A stretch of 64,000 nucleotides of DNA, taken from assembly GCA_963663765.2 (NCBI GenBank), contig CAXXUA010000002.1, positions 32,001 through 96,000 of the forward strand, written 5' to 3'. The stretch comes from Candidatus Poribacteria bacterium. Its GTDB lineage: Bacteria > Poribacteria > WGA-4E > WGA-3G. The position numbers and the translations under genes were made by a program. The notes below the pieces were generated by a model. It ran no database searches, was not told where the DNA came from, and worked only from the letters and a program-made list of their open reading frames with translations. Shown here piece after piece: positions 29,975 to 39,781 of this stretch (position 1 is the first letter of the stretch; each line of letters begins with the position of its first letter).

Positions 29975-32572
29975 ATGAAAGGAAATATTATTGTGAAAAG
30001 GAACCAGATTTTTATATTATTGACACTTTTTGTTGTTTCTTCGTTTTTTCAAACTAATGTATTTGCCCAAGATTCACCACAATGGCATCTGCCTGAAGGT
30101 GCTGTTAAACGGCTTGGGAAAGGTTGGTTATATGAAATCCAATATTCTCCAGATGGAACGCAGCTTGCTGCTGCAGGTTCACTCGGTGTTTGGCTTTATG
30201 ACACAGCAACCGATAAAGAGATTAGACTATTGAATGGATTTGGATGGGGTGTTTCAGCACTCACTTATTCTCCTGATGGAAAAGTCCTTGTTTCTGGGAG
30301 CATAGATGGAAACATCCGTTTTTGGGAACCGAATACTGGTGAACTCATACGGACAATTGACGCACATTGGGCGAGTATCCGAAGTCTCGTGTTTAACGCT
30401 GATGGGTCAATACTCGCAAGTGGAAGTAGAGATAGAACCGTACGTCTGTGGGATTCTGAGACAGGTGAACTCCTGCGGACACTTAGAGGACATATTGATG
30501 GTCTTAACAGCGTCACTTTCAGTGCTGATGGCACCAAAATCATCAGTGGTGGTCGAGACGATACTATCAAAATATGGGATGTTGAATCAGGGGAACTACT
30601 TCGGACGCTTGAAGCACATCGTGACAATGTCGAAAGTGTCGTTACCAGTCCAGATGGTAAAACGCTTGCAAGTTGTGATTTGAACGCAATTATCCATTTG
30701 TGGGATACGGATACTTGGACAATTAAGGCAACATTACATGGTCATTCGTCTCATATCTATGACATGAAATTTATTCCGGATGGGAGTATCCTTGCAAGTG
30801 CTGGTGAAGATGATACCGTCCGATTGTGGGATGCGTCCACAGGTGAACATTTACACACACTCACTGGACACACAGCAGATGTGTTCGGACTTGCTTGGAC
30901 GCCTGACGGTTCAGTGCTCACAAGTGGTGCGTGGGATGCCTCTATTCGTTCTTGGGACCCCATCACTGGTAATCATCTGAAAACCATTACCGGTCATACG
31001 GATGTTGTTGTGAGTGTCACCTTTAGTGCAGATGGCAGCATTCTCGCCACACGCAGTTGGGACAAAACCATTCGTCTCTGGGATGCTGACACGGGACAAC
31101 TTAGGCACACCCTTATCGGTCACCAAGATGATGTTGACATTGTTGTTTTTAGTCCGGATGGCAGAACTCTCGCAAGTGGTAGCCAAGACAATACTGTTCG
31201 TCTATGGGATGCTATTACAGGTGAACATATAAAAACGCTCAGAGGGCATTATTCATATCTGATTAGTCTTGCGTTTAGTTCTGATGGTAGCATACTGGCA
31301 AGTGGCAGTGAGGACGATAACATCCTTTTGTGGAATGTTGAGACAGGTAGATACATGGGAGGATTAAGGGAACATGAGGCAGGTGTTGAGACACTTGCTT
31401 TCAGTCCTGATAACACGATGCTTGCAAGTGGTAGTCGTGACGATAAAATAATTATATGGGATCTTGAAACACGCGATGCAATACACACCATAACTGAACA
31501 TGAGGACGATGTTTGGACTGTTGCTTTCAGTCCAGATGGTACAAGACTCGCAAGTGGTGGAGGCGACAAAGTCTCCTTATGGGATGTTGATACTGCAGAA
31601 CTTCTACAAACTTTCCGCAGACCACTTGACCGTGAAATACCAATAGGCGCGCCGGAAGAACTGATCGGAGACCTGCCTACAGACCTGCCTGCAAATGCTA
31701 CAAGTATCGTCTTTAGTCCTGATGGAAAAGTTCTTGTGACTGGAAGTTATGACAGAACCATCCGCTTATGGGACATTGACACGGGCGAACAACTGAGAAC
31801 TCTTGAAGGGCATGCTTATTCTATAACAAGTGTCGCTGTTAGTCCGGATGGCACTGCGATTGCAAGCGGAAGTGTCGACGGTACTGTCATCCTGTGGGCA
31901 TTCCCACTGCCGTTGAGCGTAGAACAAGTCCTTACAGTTTTCGCTGATGTGAACAATGACGGTGTTATAAATATACTGGATATAGTGTTTATTGCAGCGA
32001 ACTACGGTGCTACCGGTGACAATCCAGCGGATCTAAATGGCGATGGAGAAGTGAATCTATTGGATCTATTCTTGATTGCTAATGTATTAGATAACATAGA
32101 TTCAGCACCAGCAAAGCATACGGTTACAAGTGAAGAACTGACTGCAGCTCAAGTGCAAACGTGGTTGAAACTTGCCAAACAAGATTCGCTACAAACACTG
32201 AATGTATCTAAAACTGACGTACTTACTTATCAACGCGGGATTCAAGTGCTGGAACAGATTTTAGTTACGTTAGTACCAAAAGAAACATCGCTTCTTGCTA
32301 ACTACCCAAATCCATTCAACCCGGAGACATGGATACCATATCAGTTGGCAGTACCTGCCGATGTCAGCATCTCAATCCATGCTGCAGATGGTAAATTGGT
32401 CAGAAAGTTGTCGTTAGGAAACCTTCCTGCAGGCACTTATCAAGATCGTTCCCGTGCTGCGTATTGGGATGGCAAAAACGAGTTTGGCGAGAAGGTTGCA
32501 AGTGGTGTGTATTTCTATACACTTACTGCAGGCGATTTTACCGCTACGCGCAAAATGTTGATACTAAAATAG
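29975..32572 (+). CDS. WD40 + dockerin + FlgD-Ig-like C-terminal tail protein
   Basis: About 14 WD repeats, DVNNDGVINILD, and the NYPNPFNPETWIPY...RKMLILK tail. Confidence 0.92.
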   Translation: MKGNIIVKRNQIFILLTLFVVSSFFQTNVFAQDSPQWHLPEGAVKRLGKGWLYEIQYSPDGTQLAAAGSLGVWLYDTATDKEIRLLNGFGWGVSALTYSPDGKVLVSGSIDGNIRFWEPNTGELIRTIDAHWASIRSLVFNADGSILASGSRDRTVRLWDSETGELLRTLRGHIDGLNSVTFSADGTKIISGGRDDTIKIWDVESGELLRTLEAHRDNVESVVTSPDGKTLASCDLNAIIHLWDTDTWTIKATLHGHSSHIYDMKFIPDGSILASAGEDDTVRLWDASTGEHLHTLTGHTADVFGLAWTPDGSVLTSGAWDASIRSWDPITGNHLKTITGHTDVVVSVTFSADGSILATRSWDKTIRLWDADTGQLRHTLIGHQDDVDIVVFSPDGRTLASGSQDNTVRLWDAITGEHIKTLRGHYSYLISLAFSSDGSILASGSEDDNILLWNVETGRYMGGLREHEAGVETLAFSPDNTMLASGSRDDKIIIWDLETRDAIHTITEHEDDVWTVAFSPDGTRLASGGGDKVSLWDVDTAELLQTFRRPLDREIPIGAPEELIGDLPTDLPANATSIVFSPDGKVLVTGSYDRTIRLWDIDTGEQLRTLEGHAYSITSVAVSPDGTAIASGSVDGTVILWAFPLPLSVEQVLTVFADVNNDGVINILDIVFIAANYGATGDNPADLNGDGEVNLLDLFLIANVLDNIDSAPAKHTVTSEELTAAQVQTWLKLAKQDSLQTLNVSKTDVLTYQRGIQVLEQILVTLVPKETSLLANYPNPFNPETWIPYQLAVPADVSISIHAADGKLVRKLSLGNLPAGTYQDRSRAAYWDGKNEFGEKVASGVYFYTLTAGDFTATRKMLILK

Positions 32573-32584
32573 TATCAAATGACC

Positions 32585-32698
32585 ATAGGATAGCTGGAAT
32601 GCTGATGTTTATTAGCTTCGCAACCATCGTTGATGAGTGGGTTAAGTTGGAATCGCTATCATTCTCTTTGAGTAATGATGCGATTAACGGTAAACATT
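32585..32698 (-). ncRNA. Putative structured RNA at the distal end of the DUF1670 element
   Basis: Lies just downstream of a near-consensus promoter. Minus-strand stems: atgttta/taaacat closing stem, aatcgc-atcatt-ctc(aaa)gag-aatgat-gcgatt hairpin, and catc(aac)gatg hairpin. Confidence 0.5.
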
Positions 32699-32703
32699 CT
32701 TAG

Positions 32704-32732
32704 AGTATAGCAAAACAAGTAGCAGTTGTCAA
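32704..32732 (-). promoter_or_regulatory. Near-consensus sigma70 promoter pointing toward the element end
   Basis: Minus strand TTGACA actgctacttgttttgc TATACT (17-nt spacer, extended TG). Confidence 0.75.
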
Positions 32733-32801
32733 TCCTATTTTCAAGGAAACTGCCTCGGTTTTGCTGAATAATGTTCGTCTGGTGGAACAGGAGGTTTAGT
32801 A

Positions 32802-33686
32802 TCATTGTTCTTCTCCTTGGCGTGTTTTTGCATCGTTTGCAGATGAATTGGCAAGGTTTGCATCCATAGCTTGAAGTTGGTGCTGTGGAATAAGGTCAAG
32901 ATATTGAGTGATAACGCGTTTAGAAAGTCGTGTAATCTGTGAGATTGTATCAATATCTGCAGTTGCGTTGCGAACGACTTTTATGCTCTCATAGTCGCGA
33001 ATGTATCGGTCAACTGCCTCTTTAGAGTGTTTGGTCTTTGCGGCAATTCTGGGGGTGAGATGTCCTTGAAGATAGAGGGTGATGATCTCTTTCTTGTGGG
33101 TAATAGCACCTGATAAATCATGGATGTTGCCGCGAGTGGGCAAGATGTCGCCAGTGGTTTTTTGCCATTCATTGACATAATCACAGACAACAGCATCGCA
33201 GACGTTCAGCAAGACAGCTAAATCGAGTTGTGTCAATAAGGCACCTTGGTCATAAGCTTGATGACACCAGCGGACTAAGCGATTGATTCGCAGTTGTCGG
33301 GAGGTAAATCCGTTTCGAAAAGATTCAATATCCTCGGTAGCGAGATAGGTCAAGATGATGGGTTTCATCCGAGTTTTGACGATGGACTTCCCTCTTTCTG
33401 GATGTTCATCAATAGGGACGGCCATCCAAACGAGTTGTCCATAACTCAGGAAACGCTCATCTGTGAGTTGATCGCCGGTGGCGAGTTTCTCCAAGGGGAG
33501 GGTAATTACGAAATAGTCCTCAACGGTCTTGAGAATATCATCAACAATGGCAGTGGCAGTGACTTCGCCTTTGTCATACCCGTAGTCATTGAGAAAGCGA
33601 TGGATAAGCAACTGTCGTAGGGACTTATCGTTGATGCGTCTGAATTTTTTTTCGTTGATTTGCGTGCGGGTTAGAGGTTTGCTCAT
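32802..33686 (-). CDS. DUF1670-like HTH protein (paralog 2)
   Basis: RLVRWCHQAYDQGALLTQLDLAVLL, PTRGNIHDLSGAITHK and HSKEAVDRYIRDY motifs. Start overlaps the upstream stop (ATGA). Confidence 0.8.
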   Translation of the reverse strand: MSKPLTRTQINEKKFRRINDKSLRQLLIHRFLNDYGYDKGEVTATAIVDDILKTVEDYFVITLPLEKLATGDQLTDERFLSYGQLVWMAVPIDEHPERGKSIVKTRMKPIILTYLATEDIESFRNGFTSRQLRINRLVRWCHQAYDQGALLTQLDLAVLLNVCDAVVCDYVNEWQKTTGDILPTRGNIHDLSGAITHKKEIITLYLQGHLTPRIAAKTKHSKEAVDRYIRDYESIKVVRNATADIDTISQITRLSKRVITQYLDLIPQHQLQAMDANLANSSANDAKTRQGEEQ

Positions 33687-34483
33687 GAGAGGTCCCCCTT
33701 TTTTGTGTCCTCTGGTTCAGGGTGAAGGAGTTGGGTCATGCGATCGGTGTGTTGATATTCCTTGAACAGCGAGAGATACTCGCGTATCAACCGGTCAGAG
33801 AGATGAGAAATCAGGCGTATCTGTGCATTAGGGAAGCCTTGATGATGGAGCGTGGCAACTTGTGTGAAATCTCTCAAGTAGCGGTAGACAGCCCGTTCGC
33901 TGTGGTTTGTTTTTTGCTCGATTTCGGTGAAGGTATAGGCTTTGAAATATAACTCCAAGATCTGTGTCTTATGAGAAGTGCCGGGACCCATGTCGTGTTT
34001 CGTCCCGCGCGTCATAACGAAATATCCTTCCTGCTTCAACTGGCGAATGTCGCGTTTGACTGTAGCAGGACTGGTGGTCAATAGGACCGCTAAATCCTCA
34101 TAGCTCAGTAAGGAATCTTGGTCATAAGCTTCTTTGGTCAATCGGAGGACCCGATGTCGTCTGAGTCCTGCGAGCCCATAAGTTGCTAAGACCTCAAGAT
34201 CAGCGTTTGTGTCATTGAGGGTGAGCCGACAGGAGATTTTTTTCGCTAAAGCGATGTGTTTCCCTGCGGGTTCCTCAGCGGCGACAGCCTCGTAGCAGAT
34301 TTGTCCTGATGTCAGTTTCACATCGGTATGTTGTTCAAAGTAAGTAGAAATCTGTTTATAGTAGGCTTCAGCAACAATAGGCATTAGATTAAAGTCTGCT
34401 GAAATCTTCTGAATAATAGCGGCTCTGGCATTCTTGGATTCGAGCCGGGTAATACCGTAGGCGGTATCCTTTTTGCGGTTCAT
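33683..34483 (-). CDS. DUF1670-like HTH protein (paralog 1)
   Basis: RLTKEAYDQDSLLSYEDLAVLL, TRGTKHDMGPGTSHK and HSERAVYRYLRDF motifs. Likely start is ATG 34483 after GGAGG. Confidence 0.8.
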   Translation of the reverse strand: MNRKKDTAYGITRLESKNARAAIIQKISADFNLMPIVAEAYYKQISTYFEQHTDVKLTSGQICYEAVAAEEPAGKHIALAKKISCRLTLNDTNADLEVLATYGLAGLRRHRVLRLTKEAYDQDSLLSYEDLAVLLTTSPATVKRDIRQLKQEGYFVMTRGTKHDMGPGTSHKTQILELYFKAYTFTEIEQKTNHSERAVYRYLRDFTQVATLHHQGFPNAQIRLISHLSDRLIREYLSLFKEYQHTDRMTQLLHPEPEDTKKGDLS

Positions 34484-34616
34484 GTTGACCTCCATGAATA
34501 GATTAACGGTATCCGAATACATCTACTCGTTAGTATAACTCATACTAAAAGTATAACTCATGGGGTCATTTGATACAAACTATAAATAGTAAAACCCGAT
34601 GCGCTATTAGGTTGTC

Positions 34617-35159
34617 GTGGTAACGTATCATGTATGCGTTACCACTCATATTGTATATACACAATTGAGAGGAAGAACAATAAATATTGAACTTGAACAA
34701 ATTTCAATTGATGAAAAACCTGTTCTCCGTAATCTGATGCAGTTGTGTTTTCACGATTACAGTGAGTTTAATAACGAGGATGTTGGACCTTATGGACTGT
34801 TCAACTATAAATATCTCGACTACTATTGGACAGAACCTGATCGTTTTGCTTACTTCGTAAAAGTTGAAGGAAAATTGGCAGGTTTTGCTCTCGGCATGCA
34901 TAACCGTTTAGTGGATGGAGAGAACGTAAATATTCTCTCCGAGTTCTTCATTCTCAGAAAATACAGACGAAAGGGGATAGGAATAAAGACTGCCCATAGT
35001 TTATTCAGAAAATATTCCGGTAAATGGTCAATTGTACAAGAAAAATATAATTATCCTGCCCAAACTTTTTGGAGAAAAGTTATTAACGAATATACAAAAG
35101 GCAACTTCACGGAAAGGCAACAAGAGAAAGGACCAATCCAAGAGTTTGAGACACCATAA
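34617..35159 (+). CDS. GNAT-family N-acetyltransferase
   Basis: LAGFAL, EFFILRKYRRKGIG and AQTFWRKVI motifs. Start uncertain. Confidence 0.85.
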   Translation: MVTYHVCVTTHIVYTQLRGRTINIELEQISIDEKPVLRNLMQLCFHDYSEFNNEDVGPYGLFNYKYLDYYWTEPDRFAYFVKVEGKLAGFALGMHNRLVDGENVNILSEFFILRKYRRKGIGIKTAHSLFRKYSGKWSIVQEKYNYPAQTFWRKVINEYTKGNFTERQQEKGPIQEFETP

Positions 35160-35287
35160 CAATATCCCTATGCATGCATACTGAATACCGAAACATGGAA
35201 CTTGTAGAAGTAAATTCCATCAATTAACTTGTTCTATGGAGGATAACTGTTGAAACGATTTTTTAGTTAAAATCCGAAATATATTTA

Positions 35288-36160
35288 CAGCGTATCTCAT
35301 AAATACTTTATTAGTAGTTGAATACAAGCGAGATGAACAAATCCTAAATAGTTCATAACTTTATGTTCCCACCTCACTACCAACCTCCGAAAATCCTCAA
35401 GCCAACTGAAAAAACGCTCCACTTTGTAGCGACGCTTATACCGGCGTAATCGACGACCATCCTGTGTCACAGCGGACTTACGATTCTTTTTATGCGGGGC
35501 TACCATTTCAATGCCACGACACCTGAGTGTTTTATCTAATGGATCCGAATCATATGCTTTGTCGCCTATCAATACTGCTGGCATTGCCGATACAAAACTC
35601 ACATCTAATATCGGTTCAACCAGACGCACCTCATGCCGTGATGCGCTGGCAACCAAAACACTCACAGGTCTCCCACACTTTTCTGTAATCGCCATCAGTT
35701 TCGTCCCTTTACCACACTTCGTTTTACCGACACACTCTCCCCCTTTTTCGCAGGAACGAACTTGGCATCAATACAACATTCACTCAGATGCAGTTTACGC
35801 TGTTTGTCGAGTCTAACTGCTATCATTTCAAACACACTTTTTAGCGTCCCATCAATACACCATTGCTGGAAACGACGATGACACGTTTGATACGATGGAT
35901 ACTTCTTCGGTAAATCACGCCAAGGTGCTCCCGTCCGCAACATCCAAAGTATCCCGTCTAATACTTCTCTATTATCACGCCAAGGTCTCCCGCGCTTACC
36001 TGAAGGAAGTTCGAGGCAACAAAGGTTCAATGATTTCCCATTCTTTATCACTCAGTTCCATACAAACCATCTCCTAACTCTTACATTTTCTCAAAAGTCT
36101 AACAGAGATGATTACTTATTAAAAGTTTTTTTATAAGTTGACTATTTATGAGATACGCTC
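35288..36160 (-). mobile_element. IS5-family (IS427-like) insertion sequence, 873 bp, frameshifted
   Basis: 17-bp TIR cagcgtatctcataaat / atttatgagatacgctc flanked by TA. Split transposase with W.LRTGAPWRDLP, GDKAYDS and Y..R..VERFF motifs. Confidence 0.93.
35297..36061 (-). pseudogene. IS5 transposase
   Basis: The natural start ATG 36061 (MELSDKEWEIIEPLLP) reaches a stop after 21 codons, implying a frameshift near 36015. A second shift occurs at the AAAAAGGGGG slippery site near 35745. Confidence 0.8.
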
Positions 36161-36470
36161 TAATATTAATTCAATTTACTCGGCATTAAAATACAAAATC
36201 AAGCTATCATAGGTTTCGTAGATGTAAGATGTGTCGAAAAAACATTTGACAAACGTGGTTTTGTGTATTAACATTAGGTCAACGTGTCGACGGATGACAC
36301 ATGCGTGTGGTGCCCGTCTGTATATTACATAAATTGTTAACCATGTCAATATCTATAAGGGTTTATCGTGTATGAGAACATTCAAAGTTCTCACACCTAT
36401 GTTTTTGTATCTTGTATTTGTAAGTGCGCATTACAATACCCTTCCCATTACAATATCACTTCAAAATGGT

Positions 36471-36502
36471 GCGGTGGCACTCTCAAGCGAGAGTGCCACC
36501 GC
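36471..36502. terminator. Perfect 14-bp stem-loop, possible terminator
   Basis: gcggtggcactctc-aagc-gagagtgccaccgc, with only a short T run on the minus strand. Confidence 0.45.
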
Positions 36503-36666
36503 TGTAATGCGGAGTAGATGATACCACTGATACACGAAAAAGTCGAATTTTTTGATCGACAAACATATTAACGGTGTCTACATCCCAAAACTAAAGCAGT
36601 GGGTTTTGACACCGAACGTTTGATAATAATACTTTTTCGTGCAAATTATACATTTTCATTGATTTT

Positions 36667-38124
36667 CTACTCATCAATCTGTGCTGTTGTTGCCTTACCG
36701 AAATCGTGTGCAACCTGCACTAAGTCTAAGATGTTTATCTCACCATCACCATTGACATCGGTCGCTGCATTTTCGTCTGATACAGGTTCTCCGAAGTAGG
36801 AAGCGACGCGAACCAAATCCAAGATATTGACGACACCATCACCATTGACATCGGTCGGTAGGTTTTCATCGATGAGTGGCATCAAGTCGGTTATTACCAT
36901 CTCTTGGATCGTGGCAGGTAGCGGTGTATCAAAGGCATCTGAGAGCATCAGCTCCGGTAAAGCGATGATGGCAGGTGTATCCGGGTCGATAACTTCAAAA
37001 GTAAGTGTCACAAGTGTACCATTACCATCTTTTGCAACTGGTAGGTGCGTGTCCGAACCGATCGCAGCAGAACTAAGTATTGAGATACCCCAATATTCTG
37101 CATTCGGACGTGCTAATTCGGGTGGGACTTCAGGAATTTGAAAAAAGAAATCCGATACTGAAAGTTTTTGTTCGCCGAAAGTTACTGTGGTGCCAGTCTG
37201 TGTCGCATCACCGACATCAAGCGAGAGTATATAAGTATCATCTTCATCAAGTATCGGACGGATGAAAATACCACCACTGTGCAGGTAATTCCCTTGTGTT
37301 GCCGAGATATATTTCAACACCTTTGCGTCGAAGGCAACCAAGCCACCATATCCTGCGACATCTTTACCACCATTCAATTGAATACCTATTTTTATATATT
37401 GTGCGTCTTTGGTGGGTTTCTGTTCAATAGAAACCACCATCAAAGGGGTTTCCGTTATCGGTTCTACTAAGTTGTAGCTCTGTAATTCGAACAGAATATC
37501 TTGAGCACTAATAAATTTGACAGGTCCCACGTCAGGTGCTAACCATTGGTATGAAGTCTTGCGTAGGACTGTGGATGCTGTGGCATCCTTTTGGTTTATC
37601 TCCAACTTGACACAGTCCTCAAATACACCCGCTGGGGTTTGTATGTCTTCAATTGCGACAACTTTTATCGTGCTCGTGGTGGTCACTGCACCCACCAGAT
37701 CGAGTTCTGTTTCTGTGAGTATCTGCCAAGTGTGTCCGAGTGGTAAATCGGCTGGAAAGAAAGTGACCGGTGGTACGTAAGTCGCTTCTGCAATGCCGAA
37801 AGGACCTTGATCTGTTGTGCTCTGATGTAATAAAAGACTGCCATCATTTTCAACGGTGATACTGTATATGTCCGTGCTGGTTGTTATACCTGTTCCGATC
37901 CCCTCATTCGTTACCTTTAGCACGATAAGCCCTTCAACATCCGTATCCTCTGACGCTTGAAGTGTATAGGTGAGTTGTTGACCACCGTCGTCACTCACAA
38001 ACACCCACGTATTACCGATTTCAGATGGATAATAGTTTGTAGCGGTCGCTGTGACTGTAAAACAGAAAATCAGGCATAATACTAAAAGTGCCTTCTGACA
38101 AGACACAATACTGGTAAACTTCAT
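36667..38124 (-). CDS. Secreted protein with cohesin-like and dockerin domains
   Basis: Signal peptide, YYP...GNTW and TPAGVFEDC..WLAPDVGPVK domain, VAGY...FD..VL..GNYL / GNGTLVTLTFEV cohesin-like segment, and two DVNGDG loops. Confidence 0.8.
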   Translation of the reverse strand: MKFTSIVSCQKALLVLCLIFCFTVTATATNYYPSEIGNTWVFVSDDGGQQLTYTLQASEDTDVEGLIVLKVTNEGIGTGITTSTDIYSITVENDGSLLLHQSTTDQGPFGIAEATYVPPVTFFPADLPLGHTWQILTETELDLVGAVTTTSTIKVVAIEDIQTPAGVFEDCVKLEINQKDATASTVLRKTSYQWLAPDVGPVKFISAQDILFELQSYNLVEPITETPLMVVSIEQKPTKDAQYIKIGIQLNGGKDVAGYGGLVAFDAKVLKYISATQGNYLHSGGIFIRPILDEDDTYILSLDVGDATQTGTTVTFGEQKLSVSDFFFQIPEVPPELARPNAEYWGISILSSAAIGSDTHLPVAKDGNGTLVTLTFEVIDPDTPAIIALPELMLSDAFDTPLPATIQEMVITDLMPLIDENLPTDVNGDGVVNILDLVRVASYFGEPVSDENAATDVNGDGEINILDLVQVAHDFGKATTAQIDE

Positions 38125-38167
38125 ATTCTAAGTCTCCTTTGTCCTATTGAAATAGCCGTATTGGCAG

Positions 38168-39781
38168 TTATTCTTCGGTCATCTCCGCTTCCGTTGAAAG
38201 ATAATAATACCCGACGATTATGCACATCTCGTCTTCAGATGTAAATCCGAACTCAATCGGCACCTCGCGATCGTAGTTGTTATGGGTGCACTGAAAACTT
38301 AGTCCATCGGTCGCATCAAGCATCAGCGGTGGGTTATAGTACGTGATCGGTGCGCTATCATAAACGATACTCCTATGAAGCAATTCATTTGTTGACATCC
38401 GCGTAATTTCAAACAACTCACCATGTCTATGCATGTGAGATGACAGTGTAATTATATTCATGACGGCATCGGAAGGGGCACCGCGTAGGTGAAGTTCATC
38501 TTCAACATACCAGTCCAGTTTCGCTACACGGGTGAGACCCGGTGGAATGTTAAGATCCGTATTGGATACGAAAATCTCTATCGCCTCATGCTTGACTTCT
38601 TCAGGCGGAAGCGTGTAAATATTAATATAAACTTCACCGACGAGTGTTTCTGTGCCTAATAAGTTGATGTAGTGAGAGTTCATGTCGAACAACGTGTCGC
38701 CAGGGAGACGCATCGCAACACCTTCAGGGAATTCAAAGGAGAAGTCCCTATTTTGTGTCCCGCCAACAAATAACCGGTGAATCCCTATATTTCCAAATGC
38801 TTGCGGATTGGCTGGATCAAGTTCACGAAAAACGTGGTTCGGGTCAACGCCTATTCCCGGTGTGACACCCGCTTGCAGAATGTCTTCTTCTATTGCTGCA
38901 TCGGTGAGTCTGTATAAGATAAAGTGATGACTGCCTGTCGGGTAGAATATCTCGTATCCTTTGATGAATATATCGCCTTCTATCAGATCACCATTTTCAT
39001 CCCGGATCTGTGTTGCGTAAAAGACCTCGCGTTCGGTACCCGGTTCGATCATGTAAGGCGGTAAATGCAACTGATACCCCTGCCCCGGTAGCGGTGCTGC
39101 CGGTGGCACAAATCTTTCTTCGGGATCTCGTAGCAAACCAAGATCACCAACCCCTTCTATTTTACCTGTCTGTGGCGCACCGGCAGCGATCCATTTCCGA
39201 ATAGCATCTATTTTGCCGTCGTGAAGCACACCACTACCAAGGGGCATCCTTTGCCCATGTTCCTGTGATATAGGGGTAATCAGCTTCGTCAACAGGAAAC
39301 TATTTTCAGGATTGCCCGGATCAACAAGTTTCATACCCGATGCCGACGGGTTCTCCGGGGCTTGTCCAATTAGTTCCTCATAAGAAGACCTATAGCTGAG
39401 GTCCAAACCAGCAACATTTGTCGGTGCCGCATGGCACGCACTATTCACACAGCTTTTATCAAAAATATACTCTTGAATAGCGTGATAAGTTGAATGCTCA
39501 TCCGGTAATGTTTCCCCAAAACGATTGCTGACACGAACAAGATCAAGGATATTGATAATACCATCGCGATTGACATCAGGGTCATGTAAAGCCGTGCGAT
39601 CTCGCGGCTGTCCAAAAGCAGCTGCGACAAGCACTAAATCTTGAATATTTACCACCCCGTCTTTGTTCACATCCTCTAACAAAGTCGGGGAATCGCTGTG
39701 TCCAAACACAGTTGAAGATACTATCACCATAGACACAAGAAACAGAGACAAATAAACTATTTTTTTCAACATCAAGAACAT
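38168..39781 (-). CDS. Paralog of 8273..9886: dockerin + cytochrome c-like + copper monooxygenase-like protein
   Basis: Same length (537 aa) and the same motifs: CVNSACH, SHHF, NSHY, SHMH, EDEMC. Confidence 0.78.
   Translation of the reverse strand: MFLMLKKIVYLSLFLVSMVIVSSTVFGHSDSPTLLEDVNKDGVVNIQDLVLVAAAFGQPRDRTALHDPDVNRDGIINILDLVRVSNRFGETLPDEHSTYHAIQEYIFDKSCVNSACHAAPTNVAGLDLSYRSSYEELIGQAPENPSASGMKLVDPGNPENSFLLTKLITPISQEHGQRMPLGSGVLHDGKIDAIRKWIAAGAPQTGKIEGVGDLGLLRDPEERFVPPAAPLPGQGYQLHLPPYMIEPGTEREVFYATQIRDENGDLIEGDIFIKGYEIFYPTGSHHFILYRLTDAAIEEDILQAGVTPGIGVDPNHVFRELDPANPQAFGNIGIHRLFVGGTQNRDFSFEFPEGVAMRLPGDTLFDMNSHYINLLGTETLVGEVYINIYTLPPEEVKHEAIEIFVSNTDLNIPPGLTRVAKLDWYVEDELHLRGAPSDAVMNIITLSSHMHRHGELFEITRMSTNELLHRSIVYDSAPITYYNPPLMLDATDGLSFQCTHNNYDREVPIEFGFTSEDEMCIIVGYYYLSTEAEMTEE

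Larger units (their letters stand above)
32572..34576 (-). mobile_element. Candidate novel insertion element: two DUF1670-like genes plus a putative ncRNA between 13-bp inverted repeats
   Basis: gtatcaaatgacc at 32572-32584 and ggtcatttgatac at 34564-34576 bracket the ORF pair. Confidence 0.7.
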
